Of a stretch of 64,000 bases of DNA, positions 9,272 through 18,105 are shown one piece after another. The position numbers and the translations under genes were made by a program. Within the stretch, counting starts at the first letter, position 1. Each line of letters opens with the position of its first letter. Source of the stretch: a virus; IMG/VR virus record IMGVR_UViG_3300002026_000025, positions 71,313 through 135,312 of that record. One strand, given 5' to 3'. The notes beneath the pieces were generated by a model. The model was not told where the DNA came from. It did no database searches and saw only the letters and a list, made by a program, of their open reading frames with translations.

Positions 9272-10729
9272 ATGGCTAACTTTAACTTAAAATCAGATCT
9301 AACCCAGGCACCTAGTATTAAATTTAGTTACAATATCGGATGCCTTTTTGATATACCGACATCCAGCGGAAGTTATGAAATTGGAAGATATGGAGAGAGT
9401 ATACTCAATGGTGGACTAGGTAATATTTCCGGAATCGTTGGGATTGGAAATAATTTTAAAAGTACGATATTATTTTATATGCTTTTGTCAGCCATGTCAA
9501 AGTTTGAAAATAGTGCAGCGAGCACTTATGATACAGAGATCAATATTTCTGAAAATAGACTTAGGACATTAGCATCAAAAATTCCCGAATTTAACAATGA
9601 AGATGTTTTGTGTACTGGCAGATGGGTAATTACTGATAAAACAGCTTATTTTGGAAACGAGTGGTTTGAGTCAATTAAGAAATACATGGATTCTAAAGTC
9701 GCAAATGCAAAATCAATTACAGTTGAGTCACCATTCATGAATAGAGATGGTAAAACATTATTACCTATGTTGATACCGACTTTTACTGCTATAGATAGTC
9801 TCACTAAATTTGATACTCGTAATTCTAACTCAATGCAAGAAGAGAATGAATTAGGTGACAGTGGTGCAAATACATTGTATATGCGGGAAGGCCAAGCCAA
9901 AAAAAGAATGTTAAGTTATCTTCCAAAACCAGTGCAGCAATCAAATAACTACATACTCATTAGTGCTCATATTGGTAAAAACATTCCAATGGACCCACGT
10001 GCAGCGCCAATTAAAAAATTGCAGTTTTTAAAGAATAATGATACATTAAAAGGCGTAACGGATGACTTTACATTTTTGACTACAAATTGTTGGCAATGTC
10101 AAAACGCCACACCTTTAATTAACGATAGTACCAAGGGACCAGAGTACCCTAGGAACAGTGATGATAACATGAAGGGTGATACAGACTTATTTTTAGTGAC
10201 AATGATACAACTCAGAAGTAAAACAGGTCCATCAGGATTAATAATGCAAATTATTGTTTCACAGCAAGAAGGTGTATTACCATCTTTAACTGAATTTCAT
10301 TACATTAAAACAAACGATAGGTATGGAATGAGTGGTACGTTGCAAAATTATACTATGGATCTGTATCCGAGTGTGAAGTTGTCTCGTACAACTGTAAGAG
10401 GTAAGATTGACAGTGACTTGTTATTAAGAAGAGCTATTTTGATTACATCTGAAATGTGCCAGATGAAATACCTGTGGCATGATCTACCTGCTGGTTTATT
10501 GTGTACACCAAAAGAGCTCTATGATGATTTGACAGCTTTGGGTTATAACATAAATGACTTACTCTATACCAGATCTTGGTGGACAAGTGATAATGATAAA
10601 CACTCAATTCCTTATTTAAGTACATTTGATTTATTAAAAATGAGAACAAAGCAATATGTTCCATATTGGATGAAACCAGAACAAATACCAATTGCTTGTA
10701 AAGATATCCCTAGACTTAATATTTCATGA
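9272..10729 (+). CDS. uvsX: UvsX/RecA-like recombinase (phiKZ gp152-like)
   Basis: GCLFDIPT, P-loop GIGNNFKST, YDTE, IDSLT, RSKTGPSG. Confidence 0.85.
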   Translation: MANFNLKSDLTQAPSIKFSYNIGCLFDIPTSSGSYEIGRYGESILNGGLGNISGIVGIGNNFKSTILFYMLLSAMSKFENSAASTYDTEINISENRLRTLASKIPEFNNEDVLCTGRWVITDKTAYFGNEWFESIKKYMDSKVANAKSITVESPFMNRDGKTLLPMLIPTFTAIDSLTKFDTRNSNSMQEENELGDSGANTLYMREGQAKKRMLSYLPKPVQQSNNYILISAHIGKNIPMDPRAAPIKKLQFLKNNDTLKGVTDDFTFLTTNCWQCQNATPLINDSTKGPEYPRNSDDNMKGDTDLFLVTMIQLRSKTGPSGLIMQIIVSQQEGVLPSLTEFHYIKTNDRYGMSGTLQNYTMDLYPSVKLSRTTVRGKIDSDLLLRRAILITSEMCQMKYLWHDLPAGLLCTPKELYDDLTALGYNINDLLYTRSWWTSDNDKHSIPYLSTFDLLKMRTKQYVPYWMKPEQIPIACKDIPRLNIS

Positions 10730-10785
10730 GTATTTTTTATTTAAAAAAGATTAACTAGTAAATAATGTGGAACGCATAGTGATTT

Positions 10786-11127
10786 TTGAAAGAAATAAAA
10801 ATGATAACGTCGAATGTTTTTTATGAAGTGCGACAACCAGGTGATATTAATTTAGTCACCGAAATAGTTAAAATATTTGAGAAAATAGGACACCCTAATC
10901 CGATGAATTGGATAAACGATCCAATGATGAGAGAAGCGATAGATGCACATCCTAAACTACAACGATTTCTAATTAATAGATTCTGGAGAGTTCAATTAGG
11001 TTTATGTTCTGAGAGTACAACCAGAGAAAGATTTAGTTTAGTTGACACTGGTACTTTCAATGAATATCTTAGTATTTTTGAAGCAGCTGTGGCCCCGAGT
11101 ATTATAAAATATAAACTAACTTTTTGA
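10786..11127 (+). CDS. Hypothetical protein
   Basis: ORF downstream of uvsX; start may be ATG 10801. Confidence 0.6.
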   Translation: MKEIKMITSNVFYEVRQPGDINLVTEIVKIFEKIGHPNPMNWINDPMMREAIDAHPKLQRFLINRFWRVQLGLCSESTTRERFSLVDTGTFNEYLSIFEAAVAPSIIKYKLTF

Positions 11128-11163
11128 TTCCAGAATATTAAAATGACATATTACTAATTTGGA
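11127..11163 (+). promoter_or_regulatory. Putative early (vRNAP) promoter motif
   Basis: ATTCCAGAATATTAAAATGACATATTACTAATTTGG; core resembles the phiKZ early promoter core TATATTAC and the other copies here. Confidence 0.55.
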
Positions 11164-11169
11164 ACGAAT

Positions 11170-11403
11170 GTTGAATTCAACTAGCGCTAAAAAATATTTT
11201 TAGATTCAACGATAGTTATTCTTACAACTGTCGTTGTTATAACTAACATCATAACTGGGAGAGAATGATGGTTCTTTTCAGTAATTATGATTACAAAGTA
11301 CAATAATGCATAAGGTTAGTATAACCACTCTACATCGGTAATCGGTGAGGGTGGTTATATTAATAACGGTCACCACCATGAAATAATCGTGGTGACCGTT
11401 ATT
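11170..11403 (+). ncRNA. Candidate structured non-coding RNA (tandem long hairpins)
   Basis: No substantial ORF; stems at 11207-11236, 11250-11289, 11320-11359 and 11362-11403, directly after a promoter motif. Confidence 0.4.
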
Positions 11404-11439
11404 GAAATAAATAAACTAATAATTTTCAAATATATAATA

Positions 11440-11943
11440 ATGCAAGTTATCATTTCAACTAATTTAAAATTACTAAGGTGCGGCGGTGCTATTACAGGAC
11501 ACGTAGACGAAATAGCAAAAAAATTATATGACAGTAAAAGAAAAATTAAAAACGAAAACGATTACGTCATTGTCATTAGTACACACCTAAAAAGAAATTT
11601 AAGTGATGACGAATTTAAAGCAATTTATTATCATGAGCTCGGGCATTTTTCTTTAGGTCATTTATCCGGTCACAAGAAAACATTAACAGAAAGCATTAAA
11701 GAATTAGAAGCTGATATGTATGCTGTTAAATACACTAGTGCCAAAATTTTATTATCTGCATTAATTAAAATACCTTCGATAGTTAGGAAATGCAAATCAT
11801 TAAAAAAAGAAAGTATTAATAGATTAGCAAATGATCAGTATGATGAAAAAATGAATATTTTTTTAAGCAATATTGAAATGAAAATGCAACCACGGTATAA
11901 TGCATTACAAAAATTAATTTTAGAAAGTGAATATGTCAAATAG
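11440..11943 (+). CDS. HExxH zinc metallopeptidase-like protein (M48-like)
   Basis: LSDDEFKAIYYHELGH and ELEADMYA; ATG 11440 preferred because GTG 11389 lies in a hairpin. Confidence 0.7.
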   Translation: MQVIISTNLKLLRCGGAITGHVDEIAKKLYDSKRKIKNENDYVIVISTHLKRNLSDDEFKAIYYHELGHFSLGHLSGHKKTLTESIKELEADMYAVKYTSAKILLSALIKIPSIVRKCKSLKKESINRLANDQYDEKMNIFLSNIEMKMQPRYNALQKLILESEYVK

Positions 11944-12604
11944 AAAAAATACGGAAGACTTTATAATTGAATATATTGGAAAATTAACAAAAGGAAATAA
12001 TGATAATATAAATTTATATAAAGATTTATTCTCTAAAATGTCTGATGACGAATTCGATACATTTATGTTAGATCTGGATGCAGAAAAAATTAACTTAGTC
12101 ATTACTACTCCTAACTTTGGTAAATGTAAATTAACTACCGCTAATAATTTAGAGTTAGCAAAAGAACTAGGTCATAACTTTTTTCAAAGAGTTTGGATAC
12201 CGGCACAAAATGGAAACCCGTCGTATCTAACACCTGTACCTTATCTTATCATGGATATTCCTGTTAGAAGACAAGCACAATTATTATCAAAGAAAATAGC
12301 TATACCTGAAGACAATAACTCAGTAGATGATTTTACAGGTCAACCTACAGGTAAATCAAAAGGTAGTGCAATCACTTATCCGGAATTACAAGTGCTGGCA
12401 TCAATTGGTCTTAATCAAGGTTTAACTGAATTACTAAAGTTTAGAGGTGGTGATGAAAAAGGATTTAATGCAATGAATACAATGATAGACAGGACAGGTA
12501 GTGTTAGTATTGACGCGATTGAAAAATACAGCTCTGGCGTAAAGTCTACCCATTCTTTAAAAACTTTTCTCACTTGTTTACATTTGTCAAATTCTTTGTC
12601 ATGA
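11927..12604 (+). CDS. Virion RNA polymerase beta subunit, C-terminal part (phiKZ gp149-like)
   Basis: PVRRQAQ...K, TGQPTGKSKG, ELLKFRGGD motifs. Confidence 0.85.
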   Translation: MNMSNRKNTEDFIIEYIGKLTKGNNDNINLYKDLFSKMSDDEFDTFMLDLDAEKINLVITTPNFGKCKLTTANNLELAKELGHNFFQRVWIPAQNGNPSYLTPVPYLIMDIPVRRQAQLLSKKIAIPEDNNSVDDFTGQPTGKSKGSAITYPELQVLASIGLNQGLTELLKFRGGDEKGFNAMNTMIDRTGSVSIDAIEKYSSGVKSTHSLKTFLTCLHLSNSLS

Positions 12605-12624
12605 TCTAAAAATATAGGTGTAAT

Positions 12625-13029
12625 ATGGTACAAGTTAAAGCACAAACGAATCAATCATTAAACTTACGTGATTATAATAAACGAGTTATTGTGGCAGGTA
12701 CTAGAGGCTATAACGATAGAGTCATGTTTCATAATGTAATCTCATCATTTGTTAATGATGAGATAGAACCGATTCTATTTATATCTGGTGCAGCAGCCAC
12801 TGGCGCAGACAGATTAATAATTCAATGGTGTAATAAATTTGTTTACCCATGTTTAGAATACCCAGCTGATTGGGATTTAGGTAGAAGTGCGGGCTATAGA
12901 AGAAATGAACAAATGGCTGAAGTAGCTACAGGTCTAATTGCTTTTTATGATGGTACATCACCTGGTACAGGACATATGATCGATTTAGCTAATGAGTACC
13001 AATTGCCAATAAAAGTTATCAAAATATGA
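12625..13029 (+). CDS. SLOG superfamily (YspA/DUF2493-like) protein
   Basis: VIVAGTR, ISGAAATGAD, PADW, AGYRRNEQM, FYDGTSPGTGHMI. Confidence 0.8.
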   Translation: MVQVKAQTNQSLNLRDYNKRVIVAGTRGYNDRVMFHNVISSFVNDEIEPILFISGAAATGADRLIIQWCNKFVYPCLEYPADWDLGRSAGYRRNEQMAEVATGLIAFYDGTSPGTGHMIDLANEYQLPIKVIKI

Positions 13030-13766
13030 AATCAGAAAAACATATTAAGACTGTACTAGTATCATTAGACTCTATGTTGGATACTAGATTTGGAACCCTG
13101 ATTTTAATAGACCCCGAGTTTGCAGCCAGTGTAACTAGTAAGGAAACTTACTATACACGTGAGTTTGACGTATTCGGAGACGAAGAATCAGGTATGTTAA
13201 ATAGGGATTTATATAAACAATTTTACACTAGGTATAAAAACGATATTGTAAGATGTTCTATGCGAACAGAGATGAACAAATTTTTATTTGAACTCTGTAA
13301 TAATTTAATTATCCGTGCAATTAATACACCATCATCTGGTGGTGTAGAAGTTGTAATTAATGTATACCCTTATGAGTTTACTAAAATTGAATTAGCAGCT
13401 ATTACTAAATCAATACACAATCTTTTAAAAAATAAATTTCAAGTATCTATTACTAGAATATCTAAAGAAGATCTCACTTGTAGTTATGTAAAAGATAATT
13501 ACGACATGCTAATTATGTATGATTATTATGAATGGTTAAATATTCATACTAAAGATTTAAAAACAAAAATCCTTCGGGATACTGCATTATACGTACCAGA
13601 GCTAAATTTTATTAGAAATCTAAACGAAGAAGAAAAACAATTGTTCCTTGCAAATGACACCGACCCTTTTGAATTTACAACAAAATTGTTATGTGATTAT
13701 ATATTGATTCAATTTTTACCTATTAGAGTTTATTGTGTTGATAATAAAGCTCAATTTAATACCTAA
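13026..13766 (+). CDS. Conserved phiKZ-like hypothetical protein
   Basis: 246 aa, N-terminal LDSMLDTR and INVYPY; ATGA overlap with the upstream gene. Confidence 0.65.
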   Translation: MKSEKHIKTVLVSLDSMLDTRFGTLILIDPEFAASVTSKETYYTREFDVFGDEESGMLNRDLYKQFYTRYKNDIVRCSMRTEMNKFLFELCNNLIIRAINTPSSGGVEVVINVYPYEFTKIELAAITKSIHNLLKNKFQVSITRISKEDLTCSYVKDNYDMLIMYDYYEWLNIHTKDLKTKILRDTALYVPELNFIRNLNEEEKQLFLANDTDPFEFTTKLLCDYILIQFLPIRVYCVDNKAQFNT

Positions 13767-14170
13767 TTCATCTTTCGCATAAATGTTTCGTAGTCTTCGG
13801 CCCCAGTTAAATTACTTGTCTCGCCGTCTAAAATATCGGAGTTATCAATTTCTTTACTTAATTGAGGTATTACTCTATTAGTATTATCCGGAAACTTACC
13901 TATATTTTTTATGCTAGAGTTATTAAATATACTAGCTATTAACTCCATAGCATGAATTTGTGTATTACTGTTATTGTTATCTACTTTAAGTTTCTTTTTA
14001 CTCAAAGAAGTTCGGTCCATGTCAGATAAAGCAACAAGTATAGTTTGGATCTCTTTAATATCTTTAGGTGTTCCATTTGACATCATACTGTCAATTATTT
14101 GTTTTCTTTTTTCTCTAACATATTCTATATCTAAATCGTTTTTATCCATACGACAATTTTCTGATTCCAT
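13763..14170 (-). CDS. Hypothetical protein
   Basis: 135 aa with AAGGA RBS. Confidence 0.65.
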   Translation of the reverse strand: MESENCRMDKNDLDIEYVREKRKQIIDSMMSNGTPKDIKEIQTILVALSDMDRTSLSKKKLKVDNNNSNTQIHAMELIASIFNNSSIKNIGKFPDNTNRVIPQLSKEIDNSDILDGETSNLTGAEDYETFMRKMN

Positions 14171-14191
14171 ATTTTTTCCTTAATTAACTTA

Positions 14192-14225
14192 TATTTTTTT
14201 AAAATCACATATTACTAATATGTGA
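14192..14225 (+). promoter_or_regulatory. Putative early promoter motif
   Basis: TTTTTTTAAAATCACATATTACTAATATGTGA upstream of the 14257-16441 gene run. Confidence 0.55.
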
Positions 14226-14256
14226 GAACTATTTTAACACTAACTAAAGGACATCA

Positions 14257-14736
14257 GTGTGGTTAAGAAGATTACTATTTAAATTGAAAATACAATGGAT
14301 TACAATTTCATATCCTCTGGAGCATACCAATGAACAAAACTTAGCGTACATAAAAGCACTCGATACAGACATGTTAAGATCATGTTCAATAACAAATATG
14401 TGTATGTATAAGTTTGATACTATTTATCCAAATATACAGATATACATTGAAAAAATAAAACTATTGAACATATATTTGAGCGCAGGTAGAACAATTGAAA
14501 ATAATTGGTGTAAGTACAATTATTCACAAACAACAATGTTAGATTTCCTAACAAAAGACAATATATATATAGATACAAAGTCAGCACTAACGGAGTTTAA
14601 ACAAGAATATATAGTCTATTGTGAATATATCTTAAATACAGATAAACATGAACACAATGCTAGAATATTAAGTTTATTCTCAGAACACTTACGTTTAATT
14701 ACACTATGTTTACTAAGGTACAATTGCAATGTCTAA
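14257..14736 (+). CDS. Hypothetical protein
   Basis: 159 aa, AAGGA RBS before GTG. Confidence 0.65.
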   Translation: MWLRRLLFKLKIQWITISYPLEHTNEQNLAYIKALDTDMLRSCSITNMCMYKFDTIYPNIQIYIEKIKLLNIYLSAGRTIENNWCKYNYSQTTMLDFLTKDNIYIDTKSALTEFKQEYIVYCEYILNTDKHEHNARILSLFSEHLRLITLCLLRYNCNV

Positions 14737-15166
14737 AACACCAGTTAAAAGCGATATGGATCGCATTCTAAAATCACCTAACAAATGCATTAATGATGTA
14801 CAAGGAGTCGGTGGTATTATAGCTAGGCTATGGAGAATAATGCTTTTAGATCTAAATATAAATGGATCTCAATTTGAAGTATTATTAAATGATTTTATTA
14901 TAAATGCTAAAAGAACAATAGCTGATAATAGAGTAGCTAAACTATTTACACGAGGAAATTTAAGACGGGAACTAGAAAGACCTGAGATGACATTTAAAGT
15001 GTTTATTAAAGGTTTAAAAGTTTTAAAAATGAAACATCTAAAACTAGCTGTAGAACTTACTAGCAATTCTGGAAAAACATATATTTTTCAAACAGCTGTG
15101 GATTTAAGTAGTTTAGATATAAATGAACAAGAGGATGCAGATGATAAAAGCGTTATCAACGAATGA
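14729..15166 (+). CDS. Conserved phiKZ-like hypothetical protein
   Basis: 145 aa; ARLWR, RGNLRREL...MTFKVF pattern; overlaps neighbours. Confidence 0.65.
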   Translation: MSKTPVKSDMDRILKSPNKCINDVQGVGGIIARLWRIMLLDLNINGSQFEVLLNDFIINAKRTIADNRVAKLFTRGNLRRELERPEMTFKVFIKGLKVLKMKHLKLAVELTSNSGKTYIFQTAVDLSSLDINEQEDADDKSVINE

Positions 15167-15665
15167 AATGGGAGATACATTATCTTTATTTACAAATTGC
15201 TTTAATACTGTACTAGCAGAACATTCTGAACAAGAAATAATATCAATCAATCTTTTTATTCAAGACTTAGCATTAATGGTCCCGTGCTATTCGTTGCGTC
15301 CTGATAAAATGCGATTGTTAAATGATAGTATATTTAATAATACTATAGTAACAGAATTTATCTTGGATTTGTCTTTTAGATTTTTTACTCTATTAGGTGA
15401 TGAAACCACATTTATCAAATTAACTGGTAACTTATCGTTAGGATTAAGTATAGATGGAAGTAATATACGTAAAAGTATTATTCCTTTATCAATAGCTCAA
15501 TCTTGTCCGTGTAATATATTTAGTGTGTCAGATGTAGAAATATTTCCGGAATCATTCTTTAGGAAATATATTCTAAGAAAACCAAAGAATTATTTACAAG
15601 ATTTTTTAATTAACAATAAGCACATTGTAGTGCTTTATTTAGTTCATATCATAAACCAAGGTTAA
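15123..15665 (+). CDS. Hypothetical protein
   Basis: 180-aa ORF in operon; exact start uncertain. Confidence 0.6.
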   Translation: MNKRMQMIKALSTNEMGDTLSLFTNCFNTVLAEHSEQEIISINLFIQDLALMVPCYSLRPDKMRLLNDSIFNNTIVTEFILDLSFRFFTLLGDETTFIKLTGNLSLGLSIDGSNIRKSIIPLSIAQSCPCNIFSVSDVEIFPESFFRKYILRKPKNYLQDFLINNKHIVVLYLVHIINQG

Positions 15666-15667
15666 AA

Positions 15668-16441
15668 ATGGAAAATAATTTAGTTCAAAATGAAATTAAT
15701 GCAGTTGTTTCGGATACAACCGAAACGGTTAACACTGAATCAGCTGATAAAAATCATCCATTGGAATTGAGTAACTTAAATGCATTATTAGATAAATTCG
15801 GTAAACCGAAAAAAAATAATAACAATAATAACAATAATAACTTAAATGAAAAGATAAGTAACTTGGCTCGCATTTCACCGCCTAGTCGAGCTGCAAATAG
15901 TTACATTGAAAAAGCATTTAAGAATACGTTACCTGGTAAAGAAGTTGACGGTGTTGATCATATCAACATATCGTATTTTGCTAAAACACGTTTAGGTAGA
16001 TTCTTAGATATAAATGCATTCGCGCCTTTTCACCATAGGGAATTATTAAATTTTAATTCTGTTGGTGGTTTATGGTATTATGTTAAATGCGAAGAACCTG
16101 TCGATGTATTTAGGCATATACATGGAGCAGATTGCAGAACTGAAGGCAGAAAGCACAGAGTTCGTGATGTAGATGGATTCAGAACTATTATTTCGGATGC
16201 CACCTGGATTAAAGTTAATACCGTTCCAGAAGTAATTGCAGATATGATTGAATCCACTTTACCGTTTCAAAATTATTTCTATACTGGTGAATTAGGTTTA
16301 AAGAAACAAACACCAGAATCACTTTGGTATATTGATGCGGTAGAGGAAATTCGCCGCACATTAAAAGAAATTAATGCTACTGGTGACATTAGTCTTATTC
16401 CAGATTTTAGCGCAATTGAATCGAAAAAATATCAGTTTTAA
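15668..16441 (+). CDS. Conserved phiKZ-like hypothetical protein with poly-Asn tract
   Basis: DGVDHINI...TRLGRFL, FNSVGGLWYY; nine consecutive Asn codons near 15815-15841. Confidence 0.65.
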   Translation: MENNLVQNEINAVVSDTTETVNTESADKNHPLELSNLNALLDKFGKPKKNNNNNNNNNLNEKISNLARISPPSRAANSYIEKAFKNTLPGKEVDGVDHINISYFAKTRLGRFLDINAFAPFHHRELLNFNSVGGLWYYVKCEEPVDVFRHIHGADCRTEGRKHRVRDVDGFRTIISDATWIKVNTVPEVIADMIESTLPFQNYFYTGELGLKKQTPESLWYIDAVEEIRRTLKEINATGDISLIPDFSAIESKKYQF

Positions 16442-16457
16442 ATAAACGTATACAACA

Positions 16458-16510
16458 CCTCATCAACCATACTCAAAAATAGTATGGTTGATGAGGAAAT
16501 TGTTTTTTTT
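16458..16510 (+). terminator. Intrinsic terminator
   Basis: 16-bp stem CCTCATCAACCATACT / AGTATGGTTGATGAGG followed by a T tract. Confidence 0.75.
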
Positions 16511-16524
16511 TTAGGAGTAAATCA

Positions 16525-17811
16525 ATGGGATCTAGATTAAGAGACACTACCTTTGTAGGTGGTGCAGATAATGAATTAATTACAGTAGATGCTTATAATA
16601 AAGAAGATTCCATATCTGTAAATAAAGATCCTGGTTCTAGTGATACAGCAAAACCAGATGCAATGGAAGCAGTCAAAGGTGGTAATAATCTACCAGAGAA
16701 TGCCGCCGAAGATATGGCAAAGGAAATGAATAAAGATAGCGCTGGTTCGATAATGAGCCCTGAAGGTCTTATGGACGGCGTCGTTTCAAACAATCCTGAT
16801 TTACTAAGTAGTTTTAAGAGCTTATCTTCCGATGTACAAAATAAACTTTTAGAAGTTAAGGATGTATTAAAACCAATACAAGGTTTAGCGTCAAATATTT
16901 CTAATGGTGTTAATACAATTAAAAATATTAAAGCAACTGTAGATGGTATTACAAAAAACATTAAAAACGCAAATTTAGATACATTAGAAAATCTAAGTGG
17001 TTTAATTAATAGTTTATCAAATAATACGGCATCATTAGTAAAGTTTACCGATATTAGTGGGTTATCTACTTTATCTAGTAATGTTATTAAAGTAGCGAAT
17101 GCATCTGGTATACCGGACGCATTTAATAATGTATGTAAAGGTATTGATGACTTAGATGTCATTAATAATATAACTAAAAACTTAATTCCTGATATTATTA
17201 ACAATAGTAGTACTTCATTATTATTACAAGTTGCTAATGGGACCGCAGGTAAAAATATAACAAATTACTTACCTAATTTTATAAACGATTTCACAACAAA
17301 TTATACAAAACCTATATTTAATGTAACCAAAGATATTGTCAATGAATTTAATAATTTAAAAACATCATTTACTGCTATAAATCCAAAATGGAATATAGGT
17401 AGAATTGTTAATGACGATGCATCAATTGATGCATCGTCATGGAGTAACGCTAGTAATGATTTTATATATGTAGTACAATCAGCTACAAAGTTAAATGCAG
17501 ATGATATTACTACATATAATCCAGCTACAATTGATACTTCCATGTGCATTAAAGACGAGGTCTTTATGTTATTAACTTATGATATAAAAACACCGGACAT
17601 ACTGCAAGAATTAAATATGAAATTTCCTACAGTTATACATTCCAGTGATTCTAATATATATAATCTAACGAGTAAAAAAACGATTGTAGAAAAAGAACAA
17701 GAAATATCTGAACCTATATATAATCAAAGTATAATAGATTATAAAGAATGTTTAGAAAGAATAAATAAAGGTAGTAAAGAAGTCTGGTTAGGTGATGTTC
17801 CAGAATGGTGA
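16525..17811 (+). CDS. Probable virion structural protein
   Basis: 428 aa, AGGAG RBS, Asn/Ser-rich helical sequence. Confidence 0.55.
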   Translation: MGSRLRDTTFVGGADNELITVDAYNKEDSISVNKDPGSSDTAKPDAMEAVKGGNNLPENAAEDMAKEMNKDSAGSIMSPEGLMDGVVSNNPDLLSSFKSLSSDVQNKLLEVKDVLKPIQGLASNISNGVNTIKNIKATVDGITKNIKNANLDTLENLSGLINSLSNNTASLVKFTDISGLSTLSSNVIKVANASGIPDAFNNVCKGIDDLDVINNITKNLIPDIINNSSTSLLLQVANGTAGKNITNYLPNFINDFTTNYTKPIFNVTKDIVNEFNNLKTSFTAINPKWNIGRIVNDDASIDASSWSNASNDFIYVVQSATKLNADDITTYNPATIDTSMCIKDEVFMLLTYDIKTPDILQELNMKFPTVIHSSDSNIYNLTSKKTIVEKEQEISEPIYNQSIIDYKECLERINKGSKEVWLGDVPEW

Positions 17812-17825
17812 TATCATAACAGTAT

Positions 17826-17934
17826 AAATCGTATTCCAGATTTTTTTTCAGTCACATATGACTAAATTGAATAGGTATAGTAATGTCTTACTAATACTGT
17901 TATTCATTAGCGTATATACGCTGAAAGGTCCATC
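17826..17934 (+). repeat. Cassette leader copy 2: promoter, leader hairpin and RBS
   Basis: 17826-17910 matches 46008-46091 except for T-run length and one substitution; AGCGTATATACGCT hairpin then GAAAGG. Confidence 0.9.
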
Positions 17935-18051
17935 ATGTTTTCAACAATCGGTAAGGTAGTGGTATCCTATATAATTATCAAAGTGGTAGCGCAATTGGTG
18001 CACATTGCTGTTGCACCAGTAGAAGATAAATTCTACTCTAATCGCCGTTGA
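17935..18051 (+). CDS. 38-aa hydrophobic peptide (cassette cargo), not in the ORF track
   Basis: MFSTIGKVVVSYIIIKVVAQLVHIAVAPVEDKFYSNRR*, GAAAGG RBS; N-terminus paralogous to 45095-45193. Confidence 0.7.
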   Translation: MFSTIGKVVVSYIIIKVVAQLVHIAVAPVEDKFYSNRR

Positions 18052-18105
18052 GTAGCTAATAGTTAGCTACAAAAAAATAAACCATCTGGGCTCTTATTTT
18101 TTTTT
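18052..18105 (+). terminator. Cassette 3' element
   Basis: GTAGCTAATAGTTAGCTAC hairpin then AAAAAAATAAACCATCTGGGCTCTTATTTTTTTT, a variant of the motif at 40863, 45329 and 46222. Confidence 0.7.
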
